A stretch of 64,000 bases of DNA from contig CAYJFJ010000003.1 of the NCBI GenBank assembly GCA_964369845.1, forward strand, positions 2,563 to 66,562, in the 5' to 3' direction. Below the pieces are notes generated by a model, which was not told the DNA's origin, made no database searches, and worked only from the letters and a program-made list of their open reading frames with translations. The stretch is from an uncultured Muribaculaceae bacterium (GTDB taxonomy: Bacteria > Bacillota_I > Bacilli_A > RF39 > UBA660). The translations under genes were made by a program, and so were the position numbers. Of this stretch, positions 1 through 9,461 are shown piece by piece. How positions within the stretch are numbered: position 1 is the stretch's first letter; every line of letters starts with the position of its first letter.

Positions 1-256
1 TACATAATTTACCTAGTTTTACTTTTCCTACTAAACTGTGAAGTAATATATCAAATATATTATATCCTGCATAAATTAATAACATTTTAATTGCAAGATT
101 TGTATTACCTTCAGTAATATATTTAGTTGCCTCTCCCATTAAATAGCCATATAATACTACTAATGTAGAACTTAAAAGTATTGCACTAAAAGCTATAATC
201 ATTAGCTTTTTTTCTCCTTTTAAGTATTTTTTTATAAATTTAAAAAATTCTAACAT
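1..256 (-). CDS. ABC exporter-type membrane protein, N-terminal part only (gene runs off the window start)
   Basis: Own translation of the minus strand from ATG at 254..256: MLEFFKFIKKYLKGEKKLMIIAFSAILLSSTLVVLYGYLMGEATKY... A basic N-terminus followed by long hydrophobic helices, as in MsbA-like exporter TMDs. Absent from the ORF track because there is no stop inside the window. Confidence 0.35.
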   Translation of the reverse strand, partial: MLEFFKFIKKYLKGEKKLMIIAFSAILLSSTLVVLYGYLMGEATKYITEGNTNLAIKMLLIYAGYNIFDILLHSLVGKVKLGKLC

Positions 257-276
257 ATTTTTCCTTTCATTTAAAA

Positions 277-300
277 CAAGTCACTGTTTAAAATGACTTG
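277..300 (-). terminator. Intrinsic terminator downstream of mutS
   Basis: Inverted repeat CAAGTCA (277..283) / TGACTTG (294..300) with a 10-nt loop, followed by a T-run on the minus-strand RNA. It lies just after the mutS stop at 304. Confidence 0.5.
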
Positions 301-303
301 CTA

Positions 304-2856
304 TTATTTTTTTTCTTCTTGCTCAAGTAATTGTTTAAGTAAAAATATTTGATTAATAGCTTCCATCGGAGTTATATTTAATATATCTATACTTTTTATA
401 ATTTCATTTACTTCACTTTCAGCTTTTGGTTCTTCAAAACTCATAGATAACTGTACTTTAGATTCATCTTTTTTTACTTTTTTCGATTCATTTTCGTACT
501 CAAATAATATTTCTGATGCTCTTTTTATAAGTTCTGATGGTAAATTTGCAAGAAGTGCTACGTGTATACCATAACTTTTATCTACTGGGCCATTTTTAAT
601 TTTATGTAAAAATGTTATGCTATTTCCATCTTCTACTGCTGATACGTGTATGTTTTTTATATTTGAAAAATTCTTATCTAAACTTGTAAGTTCGTGATAA
701 TGTGTAGAAAATAATGTAAAACATTTGATATTTTTACTTACATATTCAAGTATTGCTTTTGCAAGCGCCATACCATCATATGTTGCTGTACCTCTACCAA
801 GTTCATCAAATAATATTAAACTGTTTTCAGTAGCATTACAAATTGCATTTTTAGCTTCTTTCATTTCTACCATGAATGTGGATTCTCCTGAAACTAAATC
901 ATCTGATGCTCCGATTCTTGTAAATATCTTATCTATTACTGCTATTTCTGCTGATTTAGCTGGTACAAAACAACCCATTTGAGCCATAATAACTATTACC
1001 GCAAGTTGTCTCATATAAGTGGATTTACCACTCATGTTTGGTCCTGTTAATAATAGTGTTGATGAGTTATTGTCCATAAAGCATCCATTTGATACATATT
1101 CTTTTTTAGAAACTGCTTCTACTACTGGATGTCTTCCGTCAATTATATTCATTACTTTGTTATTATTAAGTTTTGGTCTTACTAATTTATAATCATCTGC
1201 ACATTCTGCAAGTGCAGCTAAACAGTCAAGTTCTGCAACTGTATCTGCTGTTTTTTTTATATCTAATATTTCATCTTTAACTTCTTCTTTAATTTCTAAG
1301 AATAATTTATACTCAATATCATTTATTTTATCTTCAGCGCCAAGTATTATATCTTCCTTTTCTTTTAGAAGTGGTGAAATATAACGCTCTGCTCCAGCTA
1401 ATGTTTGTCTTCTTTCAAATCCAAATTCAGGTTTTATATCTTTTACAGATCCTTTTGAAACTTCAATGTAATAACCAAATACTTTATTATATCCAATTTT
1501 TAAGTTTTTAATGCCTGTTTCTTCTTTGATTTGTTTTTCGAAGTTTGCTACAAATTCTTTACCACCAGATCTTACTTCTTTTAGTTCATCTAAGTGCATG
1601 TTATATCCATTTTTTATTATTCCACCATCTTTTATAGTAATTGGTGCATCATCTGATATAGCTTTTTCTAATAATTCATGTAAATTAGCATGTAGTTTAA
1701 ATTTGTAACTAAAACCTAGTTTTTTTGTAATATCATTAATAGCTGGTAATACTTTTAAACTGTTTTTTAGTTGTATTAAATCTCTTGCATTTAAAGATCC
1801 ATTTGTTACCTTTCCAGCTAATCTTTCTAAATCATAAACTTCAAACAAATATTCCCTAAGTTCTGCTTTTAAAATAAATTCTGTATTTAACTTCTCTATT
1901 TTATCATATCTTTTATTAAGCATTTTCATATCTTTAAGTGGATTTAATAACCATGATTTTAATTTTCTTGAACCTACTGCTGTTCTAGTTTTATCTAATA
2001 ACCAAAGTAAACTATATGTTCTTTCTTTTAATCTTAGAGTTTCGACTAGTTCTAAATTTCTTATTGTATGGATATCCATTTCTAAGTAATCTAATTTGTT
2101 TTTTTCATTTATTTTGTTAATGTGTGCTAAATCTTTTAATAATTTAACTTTTAAGTAATAAAATAAATGTTTTACTCCTACTGCTGTTCTTGCTTCAACT
2201 TCATATAAAAATCTTGGTACTTCTTCTTCTAAAATATTATCCGAGTAAGAAATTTCTATTCCATAATTATTTTTTAAAATATCTATTAAATTAGTATTTA
2301 AATTATCTATTAATAATAATTCTTTAATACCTAAACTTAAAATTTCATTGACTAATGTTTCTTCATTTAAATTAAGTTTAACAGATGATAAATTACCAGT
2401 TGATAAATCTAAATATGTTAAAAGATACATATCGGCAAATTTTAATACGCTTGCTATATATGATTCACTGTGAGCATCTAAAAGTTCAAAGTCTGCAACT
2501 GTTCCTTTAGAAACAACGCTAACTACTCCTCTTTTAACTACACCTTTAACATTTTTTGGATTTTCAAGTTGCTCTGCTATTGCTACTTTATAACCTTTAC
2601 TTACTAGTTTTTCTATATAAGCTTTTACTGCATGATGCGGAACTCCGCACATTGGAACTCGCTCTGATAAGCCAGCTACTTTTCCGGTTAAAGTTAACTC
2701 TAATTCTCTAGATGCAGTAACTGCATCTTCGAAAAACAATTCATAAAAGTCTCCAAGACGAAAAAATACAAGTTCTTCTTTGTAATTTTCTTTTACTTCT
2801 GCGTACTGCTGCATCATTGGACTTAATTTGTTTTTATCTACTTCATTTAATTTCAT
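304..2856 (-). CDS. mutS: DNA mismatch repair protein MutS
   Basis: 850 aa. N-terminal mismatch-binding motif GDFYELF, Walker A GPNMSGKST, Walker B-like LILFDELGRGT, STHYHEL. Confidence 0.97.
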   Translation of the reverse strand: MKLNEVDKNKLSPMMQQYAEVKENYKEELVFFRLGDFYELFFEDAVTASRELELTLTGKVAGLSERVPMCGVPHHAVKAYIEKLVSKGYKVAIAEQLENPKNVKGVVKRGVVSVVSKGTVADFELLDAHSESYIASVLKFADMYLLTYLDLSTGNLSSVKLNLNEETLVNEILSLGIKELLLIDNLNTNLIDILKNNYGIEISYSDNILEEEVPRFLYEVEARTAVGVKHLFYYLKVKLLKDLAHINKINEKNKLDYLEMDIHTIRNLELVETLRLKERTYSLLWLLDKTRTAVGSRKLKSWLLNPLKDMKMLNKRYDKIEKLNTEFILKAELREYLFEVYDLERLAGKVTNGSLNARDLIQLKNSLKVLPAINDITKKLGFSYKFKLHANLHELLEKAISDDAPITIKDGGIIKNGYNMHLDELKEVRSGGKEFVANFEKQIKEETGIKNLKIGYNKVFGYYIEVSKGSVKDIKPEFGFERRQTLAGAERYISPLLKEKEDIILGAEDKINDIEYKLFLEIKEEVKDEILDIKKTADTVAELDCLAALAECADDYKLVRPKLNNNKVMNIIDGRHPVVEAVSKKEYVSNGCFMDNNSSTLLLTGPNMSGKSTYMRQLAVIVIMAQMGCFVPAKSAEIAVIDKIFTRIGASDDLVSGESTFMVEMKEAKNAICNATENSLILFDELGRGTATYDGMALAKAILEYVSKNIKCFTLFSTHYHELTSLDKNFSNIKNIHVSAVEDGNSITFLHKIKNGPVDKSYGIHVALLANLPSELIKRASEILFEYENESKKVKKDESKVQLSMSFEEPKAESEVNEIIKSIDILNITPMEAINQIFLLKQLLEQEEKK

Positions 2857-2928
2857 AATAATTCACTTCCCATATTATAACACTATAATTCTTTTTTTTC
2901 ATATAAAAATAAGTAATTTCTCACTTAT

Positions 2929-3498
2929 TTATTCATTATCTTCTTTTTTTCTTACTAAATGAAACTTTCTGTTTGCATTTAAAGCAAAATCTAATGAAAC
3001 TTCAGTACTATTTGTCTTTTTGGAAGTTTCATATTTATTGCTATATGCTTCTTCTAAATAGTGTAAAGATCTTTTTAGCATTTGCATATTTTTTTGTTCT
3101 TTTGTTAGCTTGGTTATAATTTCATTTCTTTGTTCTTCGTTAGATTTTTGATTGTAATCATTTCTGCTTTTTAAGTAAGCGTTTCTTAAATAAGATATAG
3201 AGCTTGCTAATATAGTAACTGCAAACAATGAATGCACTATTCCTGGCAATACTGATACGTTTTGCAGAATCATTAGTGTAAGAAGATAACTTAATAAAAT
3301 CATACTAGATGTTATTCCTGATATACTTTTAGCTCTTGTTAAATTTTTATCTATCGCTTTATTCAAATCTAAATTTTCTCTTAAAGTATTTTCTTTATTT
3401 CTCAGACAAGTAGTTATATACTCTAATTTTTCTATTTCTTCTTCTGCCGATTCAATTTTTAATTTTTCACTGGTTTTTAAATCTATAAATTCACTCAT
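2929..3498 (-). CDS. Hypothetical membrane protein (coiled-coil / 2 TM / coiled-coil)
   Basis: 189 aa ORF. Charged heptad-like N- and C-terminal regions flank two hydrophobic helices (SSMILLSYLLTLMIL, HSLFAVTILASSISYL). No recognisable family. Confidence 0.45.
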   Translation of the reverse strand: MSEFIDLKTSEKLKIESAEEEIEKLEYITTCLRNKENTLRENLDLNKAIDKNLTRAKSISGITSSMILLSYLLTLMILQNVSVLPGIVHSLFAVTILASSISYLRNAYLKSRNDYNQKSNEEQRNEIITKLTKEQKNMQMLKRSLHYLEEAYSNKYETSKKTNSTEVSLDFALNANRKFHLVRKKEDNE

Positions 3499-3551
3499 AA
3501 TGTTTCCTTTTGAATATTTATTATAATGATAATTTAGTTGCTTGTCAATTA

Positions 3552-4556
3552 TTATTTCAAAGCTTCTAAAGCTTCTTCAAATGTATTTACTCCGATAATT
3601 TCCATATCTAAATCATACTCTTCTTTTACACTTATAGCTTCTTCATAATTTTCAAGTGGACATAAAAATATATCTGCATTTTTCGAACCTAATACTTTAT
3701 ATTTCACTCCTGAAATTTCTCCTACAAATCCATTTTCTTCAATTGTTCCTGTACCAACTATTTTTCTTCCGTCTGTAATATCTTCTTCTACAAGTTCATT
3801 ATATATAGCAAGACTTAGCATCAGTCCGCCTGATGGACCAGATTCACTAGCTTTTGATGTAATAGTAAGTTCGGGAGATAAATCATAGTCATATGTTGTT
3901 ACAAAAACTATACCTATTTTAGGTTCATTATCAATTTCTACAATGGTTGATTTAATTTCTTTTTCTTTGTTATCTCTTTGTACAGTCAATGTTATTTCAT
4001 CGCCAATATTTTTTTCAGATATTGCTTTGTCTAGTTCACTAAAAACTTCTTCACTTTTACCATTTACTTCAGTGATAATATCTCCTACTTTTAAATCAGT
4101 ATCTGCTGCTGGATCAATATATGCAATATTAATCATTTCGCTTTTTATATCTAAACTTTTTCCTGCATAACTATATGCCGCTTGAGTAGCTAAATCTATT
4201 GATGACTCCATTTGCAGTTTATCTAAAATTCTTAATTCTTCATATGTTTGATTTTCTAAAGTTATATCTTCTTTAGTTTCTATATCCCAGTTTGGTAATA
4301 TATAAGAAAGCAGTAGTGTTGGCACTGTCCCTTCAAATACCGTTACATAAGCCATATTAAGTGTACCTTGTGCATCGAATCCACCATCTACTTCGATTCT
4401 ATCATTTAAATTTATATTACCACCAGGAGTATATATTACATATGGAAGTTTTATTGTAAAAACTATGTATATAATTATTAAACTTATTAAAAATTTGTAA
4501 TTTTCCTTTATAAAATTTTTGAATTTGTCATATATTTTATTAATCAATTCTATCAC
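3552..4556 (-). CDS. YlbL/SepM-like membrane-anchored PDZ + Lon-C-type serine protease
   Basis: N-terminal TM (FLISLIIIYIVFTI), PDZ-like segment (LKVGDIITEVNGK) and a Lon protease C-terminal-like segment (ASESGPSGGLMLSLAIYNEL ... GTGTI). Adjacent to a ylbJ-like gene, as in Bacillus. Confidence 0.7.
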   Translation of the reverse strand: MIELINKIYDKFKNFIKENYKFLISLIIIYIVFTIKLPYVIYTPGGNINLNDRIEVDGGFDAQGTLNMAYVTVFEGTVPTLLLSYILPNWDIETKEDITLENQTYEELRILDKLQMESSIDLATQAAYSYAGKSLDIKSEMINIAYIDPAADTDLKVGDIITEVNGKSEEVFSELDKAISEKNIGDEITLTVQRDNKEKEIKSTIVEIDNEPKIGIVFVTTYDYDLSPELTITSKASESGPSGGLMLSLAIYNELVEEDITDGRKIVGTGTIEENGFVGEISGVKYKVLGSKNADIFLCPLENYEEAISVKEEYDLDMEIIGVNTFEEALEALK

Positions 4557-4588
4557 CTTGTTTAATTATACCAAAGTTTGGAGATTAT

Positions 4589-5503
4589 ATGAAAAAAAAT
4601 ATGCATTTATACAAAAATTTCTTAATTTTAGTTTTTTTTGTAACTTTTCTTTATTTAATTTTTTATAACCGTGTATTAATTACTAGTGTTTCAATATCCT
4701 CTGTTAATATATGGCTTACTAGAGTTTTCCCAACTTTATTTATTATGTTTATTGTTCAAGACTTTTTAATCAATTATAACTTTGCTTATTATTTAAAATT
4801 TGTTACTGGCAAATTATTTAGAAAACTATTTTCTTTATCAGATAGTGCTACTCTAGCTTTTTTATTATCTCTTATTAGTGGATCTCCTAGTAGTGCTATT
4901 ACTGTAAAAAATTTATATTTAAATAACAACATTTCTAAATTTGAAGCAAATAGATTACTACATTTCACTTATTTTACAAATCCTTTATTTACATATAATA
5001 TTTTGACATTTATGTTTGTTGATTCTTACTATGTTTTTAAAATAATGTTTGCTTTATATATTAGTAATTTTATATTAGCTTTTGTTTTACCTAGAAATAA
5101 AGTTTTTCTTCCTTCTAAAACTAAAAATATCAATGTTTTTTTCGGTGATACACTTGTTACATCGATAAAAAATAGTTTAAATAATTTAACTTTAATTTTA
5201 GGAAGCATTACTTTTTTTATGATAGTTAGTAGTATTTTATCTAATTATTTAACAAATGATTTGCATATAGCTATTTTAAAAGGTTTTTTTGAAATAACTA
5301 ACGGACTTGAATTTATTGTAGACATTAACTATTCTAGCAATATAAAAGAAATAATTAGTATTTTAATTATTTCTTTTGGAGGCATGTCTATTCATACTCA
5401 AGTTTATTCAATGATTTGTGATACTGATTTATCTTACCTAGCTTTTCTCAAAGGTAGAATATACTCAGTTATACTTAGCGTTTTAATAGTAATCCTTATT
5501 TAG
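4589..5503 (+). CDS. Polytopic membrane protein, YlbJ-like (sporulation integral membrane protein / nucleoside-recognition type)
   Basis: 304 aa with multiple TM helices. GGAG RBS at 4580..4583 (ttt GGAG attat ATG). Resembles the YlbJ family and neighbours a ylbL-like gene. Shorter than B. subtilis YlbJ. Confidence 0.45.
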   Translation: MKKNMHLYKNFLILVFFVTFLYLIFYNRVLITSVSISSVNIWLTRVFPTLFIMFIVQDFLINYNFAYYLKFVTGKLFRKLFSLSDSATLAFLLSLISGSPSSAITVKNLYLNNNISKFEANRLLHFTYFTNPLFTYNILTFMFVDSYYVFKIMFALYISNFILAFVLPRNKVFLPSKTKNINVFFGDTLVTSIKNSLNNLTLILGSITFFMIVSSILSNYLTNDLHIAILKGFFEITNGLEFIVDINYSSNIKEIISILIISFGGMSIHTQVYSMICDTDLSYLAFLKGRIYSVILSVLIVILI

Positions 5504-6038
5504 TGCAAGATGGTAAATTATCACTTTCATATGTACTTATATAATTTATTTGGATATCATCTAATGCATTATTATTATCACTTGAATTTCTATCATTATT
5601 TGTATAAACTGGAATATTTATTTCAATTATTTTTTCAGTACTAGATACTTCATGCGTGCAAACTGAAGTATCTTTATAGTCTATCATAGCTCCTTTTATA
5701 CTCCATGCATTATTAACATTGTCTTTAGTCTTATAACTTATATTTTCAGTGGAAGATATATTTATATTTGAGTTTTTTCCACTTTCGAAGTAAATTTCAA
5801 TTATTTTTTTATCTTCAGAAAGAGTAATTTGTGATATAACTTCACCTTCTAGATCTAGTCGAATTTCACTTATAATATCAAATCTATTACTTTGGTTATT
5901 AATTGCAAAGTCATTTGAAGTTAATTCATTATTTAAATCAATTAATAATCTATATAAAAATAATATCACTATAGATATTAAACCTACTGCTACTACTAAT
6001 TCTAATATTGATAAACCTTTTTTTCCTATTTTTATCAT
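5496..6038 (-). CDS. Type IV pilin-like (pseudopilin) protein
   Basis: N-terminus MIKIGKKGLSILELVVAVGLISIVILF: basic leader, Gly, Glu at +5, hydrophobic helix (prepilin class III signal). A 4-nt overlap with the upstream gene indicates an operon. Confidence 0.6.
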   Translation of the reverse strand: MIKIGKKGLSILELVVAVGLISIVILFLYRLLIDLNNELTSNDFAINNQSNRFDIISEIRLDLEGEVISQITLSEDKKIIEIYFESGKNSNINISSTENISYKTKDNVNNAWSIKGAMIDYKDTSVCTHEVSSTEKIIEINIPVYTNNDRNSSDNNNALDDIQINYISTYESDNLPSCTK

Positions 6039-6904
6039 AAAGCACCTACTATCATGTATGGATTTTCTAAAGTGCCATCACCTGTAAATCTCAAATTACT
6101 TTTAAGTGTAATTACAGGTCTAATATTAGCTGTTTCAGTAACTGTTTTCTCAGCATCTTCTCCGATCACTTTCACATAAGCAAATAAATTATATTCGCCT
6201 GGACTCATTGTCCAGTATTCTTCATCACTTAATAAATATGTTTCATTATTATATAAGCTATAATTATACTCCTCTATTGTAAGTAGTCTAATAGGGTACA
6301 TTAATTTACCATTTGATACACTTGCTTTTTCAGTGCAACTATTTGATGAATTATTTATGCAAATTTCTTTATCACTTATAAAATTATTATTAGGTAATAA
6401 ATAGTCTTCATAAAATGTTTCAGTTTTTGTTTTTATATCAGAGCTGTAATAAGTTATATTATCATTTTCCTGTTTATATATATAATTACTATGATAACTA
6501 TTTGAGCTATTTGAATTATATATTGAGTCATTTAAATATATTGGGCTAGAATCATTTAATATTATATTTATTGTATTATCTTCACCGATACTTATTATTT
6601 CCCAGTTTAAATTAGCAAAATATAAATTATTATTATTTGTTAAACCTACAATATAAGTAGTACTATTGTGTTTTATTAATTCGTTATCACTAGTTAATAT
6701 AGAGTTATATAAAAGTAACTCTTCATTTATATTACTAGTTAAATCACTTAAATTTTCTTTTAAATGTTCTTTTTCTTTATTAAGTAGTAACCTTGAATTA
6801 CTATAAATACCAATAAGTACAAGTAACATTGTTAAAAAAGATAAAAGTAAAGTATAAATAACTGATGTTGATATAAAACCTTTATTATTTAGATTATATT
6901 TCAT
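6035..6904 (-). CDS. Minor pilin-like protein lacking Glu+5
   Basis: N-terminus MKYNLNNKGFISTSVIYTLLLSFLTMLLVL: KGF plus a hydrophobic helix but no Glu at +5, as in ComGG/PilX-type minor pilins. Overlaps both neighbours. Confidence 0.45.
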   Translation of the reverse strand: MKYNLNNKGFISTSVIYTLLLSFLTMLLVLIGIYSNSRLLLNKEKEHLKENLSDLTSNINEELLLYNSILTSDNELIKHNSTTYIVGLTNNNNLYFANLNWEIISIGEDNTINIILNDSSPIYLNDSIYNSNSSNSYHSNYIYKQENDNITYYSSDIKTKTETFYEDYLLPNNNFISDKEICINNSSNSCTEKASVSNGKLMYPIRLLTIEEYNYSLYNNETYLLSDEEYWTMSPGEYNLFAYVKVIGEDAEKTVTETANIRPVITLKSNLRFTGDGTLENPYMIVGAL

Positions 6905-7469
6905 TTTTCACCTCTATACCTAAATTAGCATAATTATATACGCAGTTTTCTTCACAAGATGATCCATCTTTATTTGTTTTATAACTTACTACTAAAATAT
7001 AATTTTGATGAATAACTGATGTATCAATAGTTTTTAAATACTCGTACTTTTCGTATGTTAAAGATATATTTTCTTGATAACACTCATCACTATCACTGTG
7101 TATACTTTCGTACGTACAGCTTTTGATTTTAGTTAAATCACTTGATACTAAAAATATACTTTCAATATTAAAACTGCTCTTTAAAGCTAAATATTCATTA
7201 TAATAAATGTCACTATAAAATAATTCTTTGTTATTGATAAGTTCATAGATGTATTTTTGTGATTTTGCAAGAGACTCTAAATCAACTCTTTGCGTTATGA
7301 ACTTTTTAACTTCACTAGTTTTAAAGATGTAACTTACATCATCATAATATAATCTTTTTTCTTCTTCAATAATTTGCGCTTTGTAAGAAGAATGTATCAT
7401 CAATAATGCTACTGTTAACATAGTTACTACTATTAAAGTTTCAATTATTGCAAACCCTTTTCTATTCAT
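6894..7469 (-). CDS. Type IV pilin-like (pseudopilin) protein
   Basis: N-terminus MNRKGFAIIETLIVVTMLTVALLM is a canonical prepilin cleavage/methylation motif (G|FAIIE). First gene of the three-gene overlapping set. Confidence 0.65.
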   Translation of the reverse strand: MNRKGFAIIETLIVVTMLTVALLMIHSSYKAQIIEEEKRLYYDDVSYIFKTSEVKKFITQRVDLESLAKSQKYIYELINNKELFYSDIYYNEYLALKSSFNIESIFLVSSDLTKIKSCTYESIHSDSDECYQENISLTYEKYEYLKTIDTSVIHQNYILVVSYKTNKDGSSCEENCVYNYANLGIEVKNEI

Positions 7470-7518
7470 TTTACTATCCTCTATTTATATTATAAGTTAC
7501 TTTTTTTTTTTAAGCAAG

Positions 7519-7543
7519 AAAAAAACTAACTGATTAGCTAGTT
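7519..7543 (-). terminator. Intrinsic terminator downstream of the hybrid histidine kinase gene
   Basis: On minus-strand RNA, AACTAGCT-AATC-AGTTAGTT (8-bp stem with one G-U, 4-nt loop) followed by UUUUU. Lies 20 nt after the stop at 7563. Confidence 0.5.
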
Positions 7544-7562
7544 TTGATTCAAATAGTCTTAT

Positions 7563-9392
7563 TTATGATACTATTTCATTTAAAATTTCTTTTATTTGTT
7601 CTTTATTAAATGGTTTTGATATATAATCATCAAATCCTTCTTTCATGTATTTTTCTTTTGCTCCTGCTAAAGCATCAGCAGTAAGTGCGATTACTGGAGT
7701 GTTAAAACCTTCTATTTTCTTTAGTTCTTTTAAAGTTTCTACTCCGTCCATCTCTGGCATCATTATATCTAATAAAATTATATCATAATTGTTTTTAACT
7801 TTTAGCTTTTCTATTGCTTCTTGTCCACTTGTAATAGTATCAATTTTTTGCGTTAAAGAATTTATTAATCTTTCAGCTACTTTTAAATTCAGTAAGTTAT
7901 CATCTATAACTAAGATTTTTACTTTAGATAAATCCTTATCTATATTTTCTAAAACTTTTTCCTCGGGTTCTTTGTAATTACTGATTTTTTGTTTTAAGAG
8001 TATTGTGAATTTACTTCCTTTGCCAAATTCACTTTCTACTATTACTTGTCCACCTAAAAGCTCTACTAATTGTTTTAATATTGTTAGTCCTAAACCTGTT
8101 CCTTCGATTGTAGAATTTTTTTCTGCATCTAAGCGGTCAAATTTATTAAATAATCTTTTTATGTTTTCTGATTTTATACCTTTACCAGTATCTTCTACTA
8201 TTATTGTTAGTAATTCCTTGTTTTTTTCATACGAAGCTGACAAATTAACTTTACCTTCTTCTGTATATTTAAATGCATTAGATACTAAGTTGTTGATGAT
8301 TTGTTTCAAATGTTGTCTATCACCTGAGAAATATTCCGGAATATTTTTAAATTCTGATACGAATTCTACCTTTTTGTGTTTTATTCTAAAATTATTTACT
8401 TTTATAACTTCATCTACTATTTCTTCAAATTTATAATCTACTGTACTAATTACTATTTTTTGACTTTCTATCTTACTGATATCTATAATATTTCCTACTA
8501 TTTCTAATAATGTTTGAGATGCAGATACTATATCCTCGGCATCCGATTTTAAAGTTCCGGTAGCATCTTTATTTTCAGCTATTTCATTACTCAGACCCAC
8601 TATTGCATTTAGAGGTGTTCTAATTTCATGGGACATACTTGATAAAAAGTCTGTCTTGGCTTGATTTGCTTTTTTTGCCTGCACTACTGCTATATCAAGT
8701 TTGTTAATTAATTTAACATCTGGATTTTCTATTGTATGATACATTAAAAAACATAATAAAGTTAAGTTAAAATCATAAATAATTATTCCTGGTATAGCAT
8801 AAGAAATTATTACAGTTACAATTAAAGCAATTAATATATATATAAATAATCTGTGTCTTTTGTCATTTTTAACAAAATTTCTTATTGTAAGGTAACTTAA
8901 ACATAGTAAATAAAACCCTACAAAATAATACGTTTTTGTTAACATTGGTCCTGTTGCGTTTGTTACTGTACCTATTTCTATTAGAGTAACTTCATCAGTC
9001 ATTATAGAAACAAAATATAATAAGACTGTAAAAAATAACATAGTTTGAAATATTCTTAAATTTTTCCGTATTTTAGGAAATACTACAACCATCATATAAC
9101 CAAATAAACTAGCTGCTGAATTTACTATTAATGTCATTAGTATTTTGTTACTACCGTTTACGTAATCATAATATACAGTATTCAATGTTTCTAAATCATG
9201 AATAGCACATAAAAAATGCAGTAATGTATTAAAAAATGCATATAAAGTTGATGATATTAATAAAGATACAAAAAAAATATTTTCTATGTTTTTTTCTCTT
9301 TTTTTAGAAAAATACATTATTACTATTATTCCTAAAAATATTAATGAAAATAATGGTAATTCAAACTCTAATGAACTATAAATTTTATTCAC
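7563..9392 (-). CDS. Hybrid sensor histidine kinase with C-terminal receiver domain
   Basis: 609 aa. About six or seven N-terminal TM helices, HisKA H-box SHEIRTPLNAI, HATPase N/G boxes (NLVSNAFKYT, DTGKGI, GTGLGL) and REC domain (VIDDNLLNLKV ... DIILLDIMMPEMDG ... K). No cognate response regulator is adjacent. Confidence 0.85.
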   Translation of the reverse strand: MNKIYSSLEFELPLFSLIFLGIIVIMYFSKKREKNIENIFFVSLLISSTLYAFFNTLLHFLCAIHDLETLNTVYYDYVNGSNKILMTLIVNSAASLFGYMMVVVFPKIRKNLRIFQTMLFFTVLLYFVSIMTDEVTLIEIGTVTNATGPMLTKTYYFVGFYLLCLSYLTIRNFVKNDKRHRLFIYILIALIVTVIISYAIPGIIIYDFNLTLLCFLMYHTIENPDVKLINKLDIAVVQAKKANQAKTDFLSSMSHEIRTPLNAIVGLSNEIAENKDATGTLKSDAEDIVSASQTLLEIVGNIIDISKIESQKIVISTVDYKFEEIVDEVIKVNNFRIKHKKVEFVSEFKNIPEYFSGDRQHLKQIINNLVSNAFKYTEEGKVNLSASYEKNKELLTIIVEDTGKGIKSENIKRLFNKFDRLDAEKNSTIEGTGLGLTILKQLVELLGGQVIVESEFGKGSKFTILLKQKISNYKEPEEKVLENIDKDLSKVKILVIDDNLLNLKVAERLINSLTQKIDTITSGQEAIEKLKVKNNYDIILLDIMMPEMDGVETLKELKKIEGFNTPVIALTADALAGAKEKYMKEGFDDYISKPFNKEQIKEILNEIVS

Positions 9393-9461
9393 AATATCAA
9401 CTCCGCTATTATAAGATTACCATATAAAAAAATCTTTTTCAATATTCTTTTGAAAAAGATT

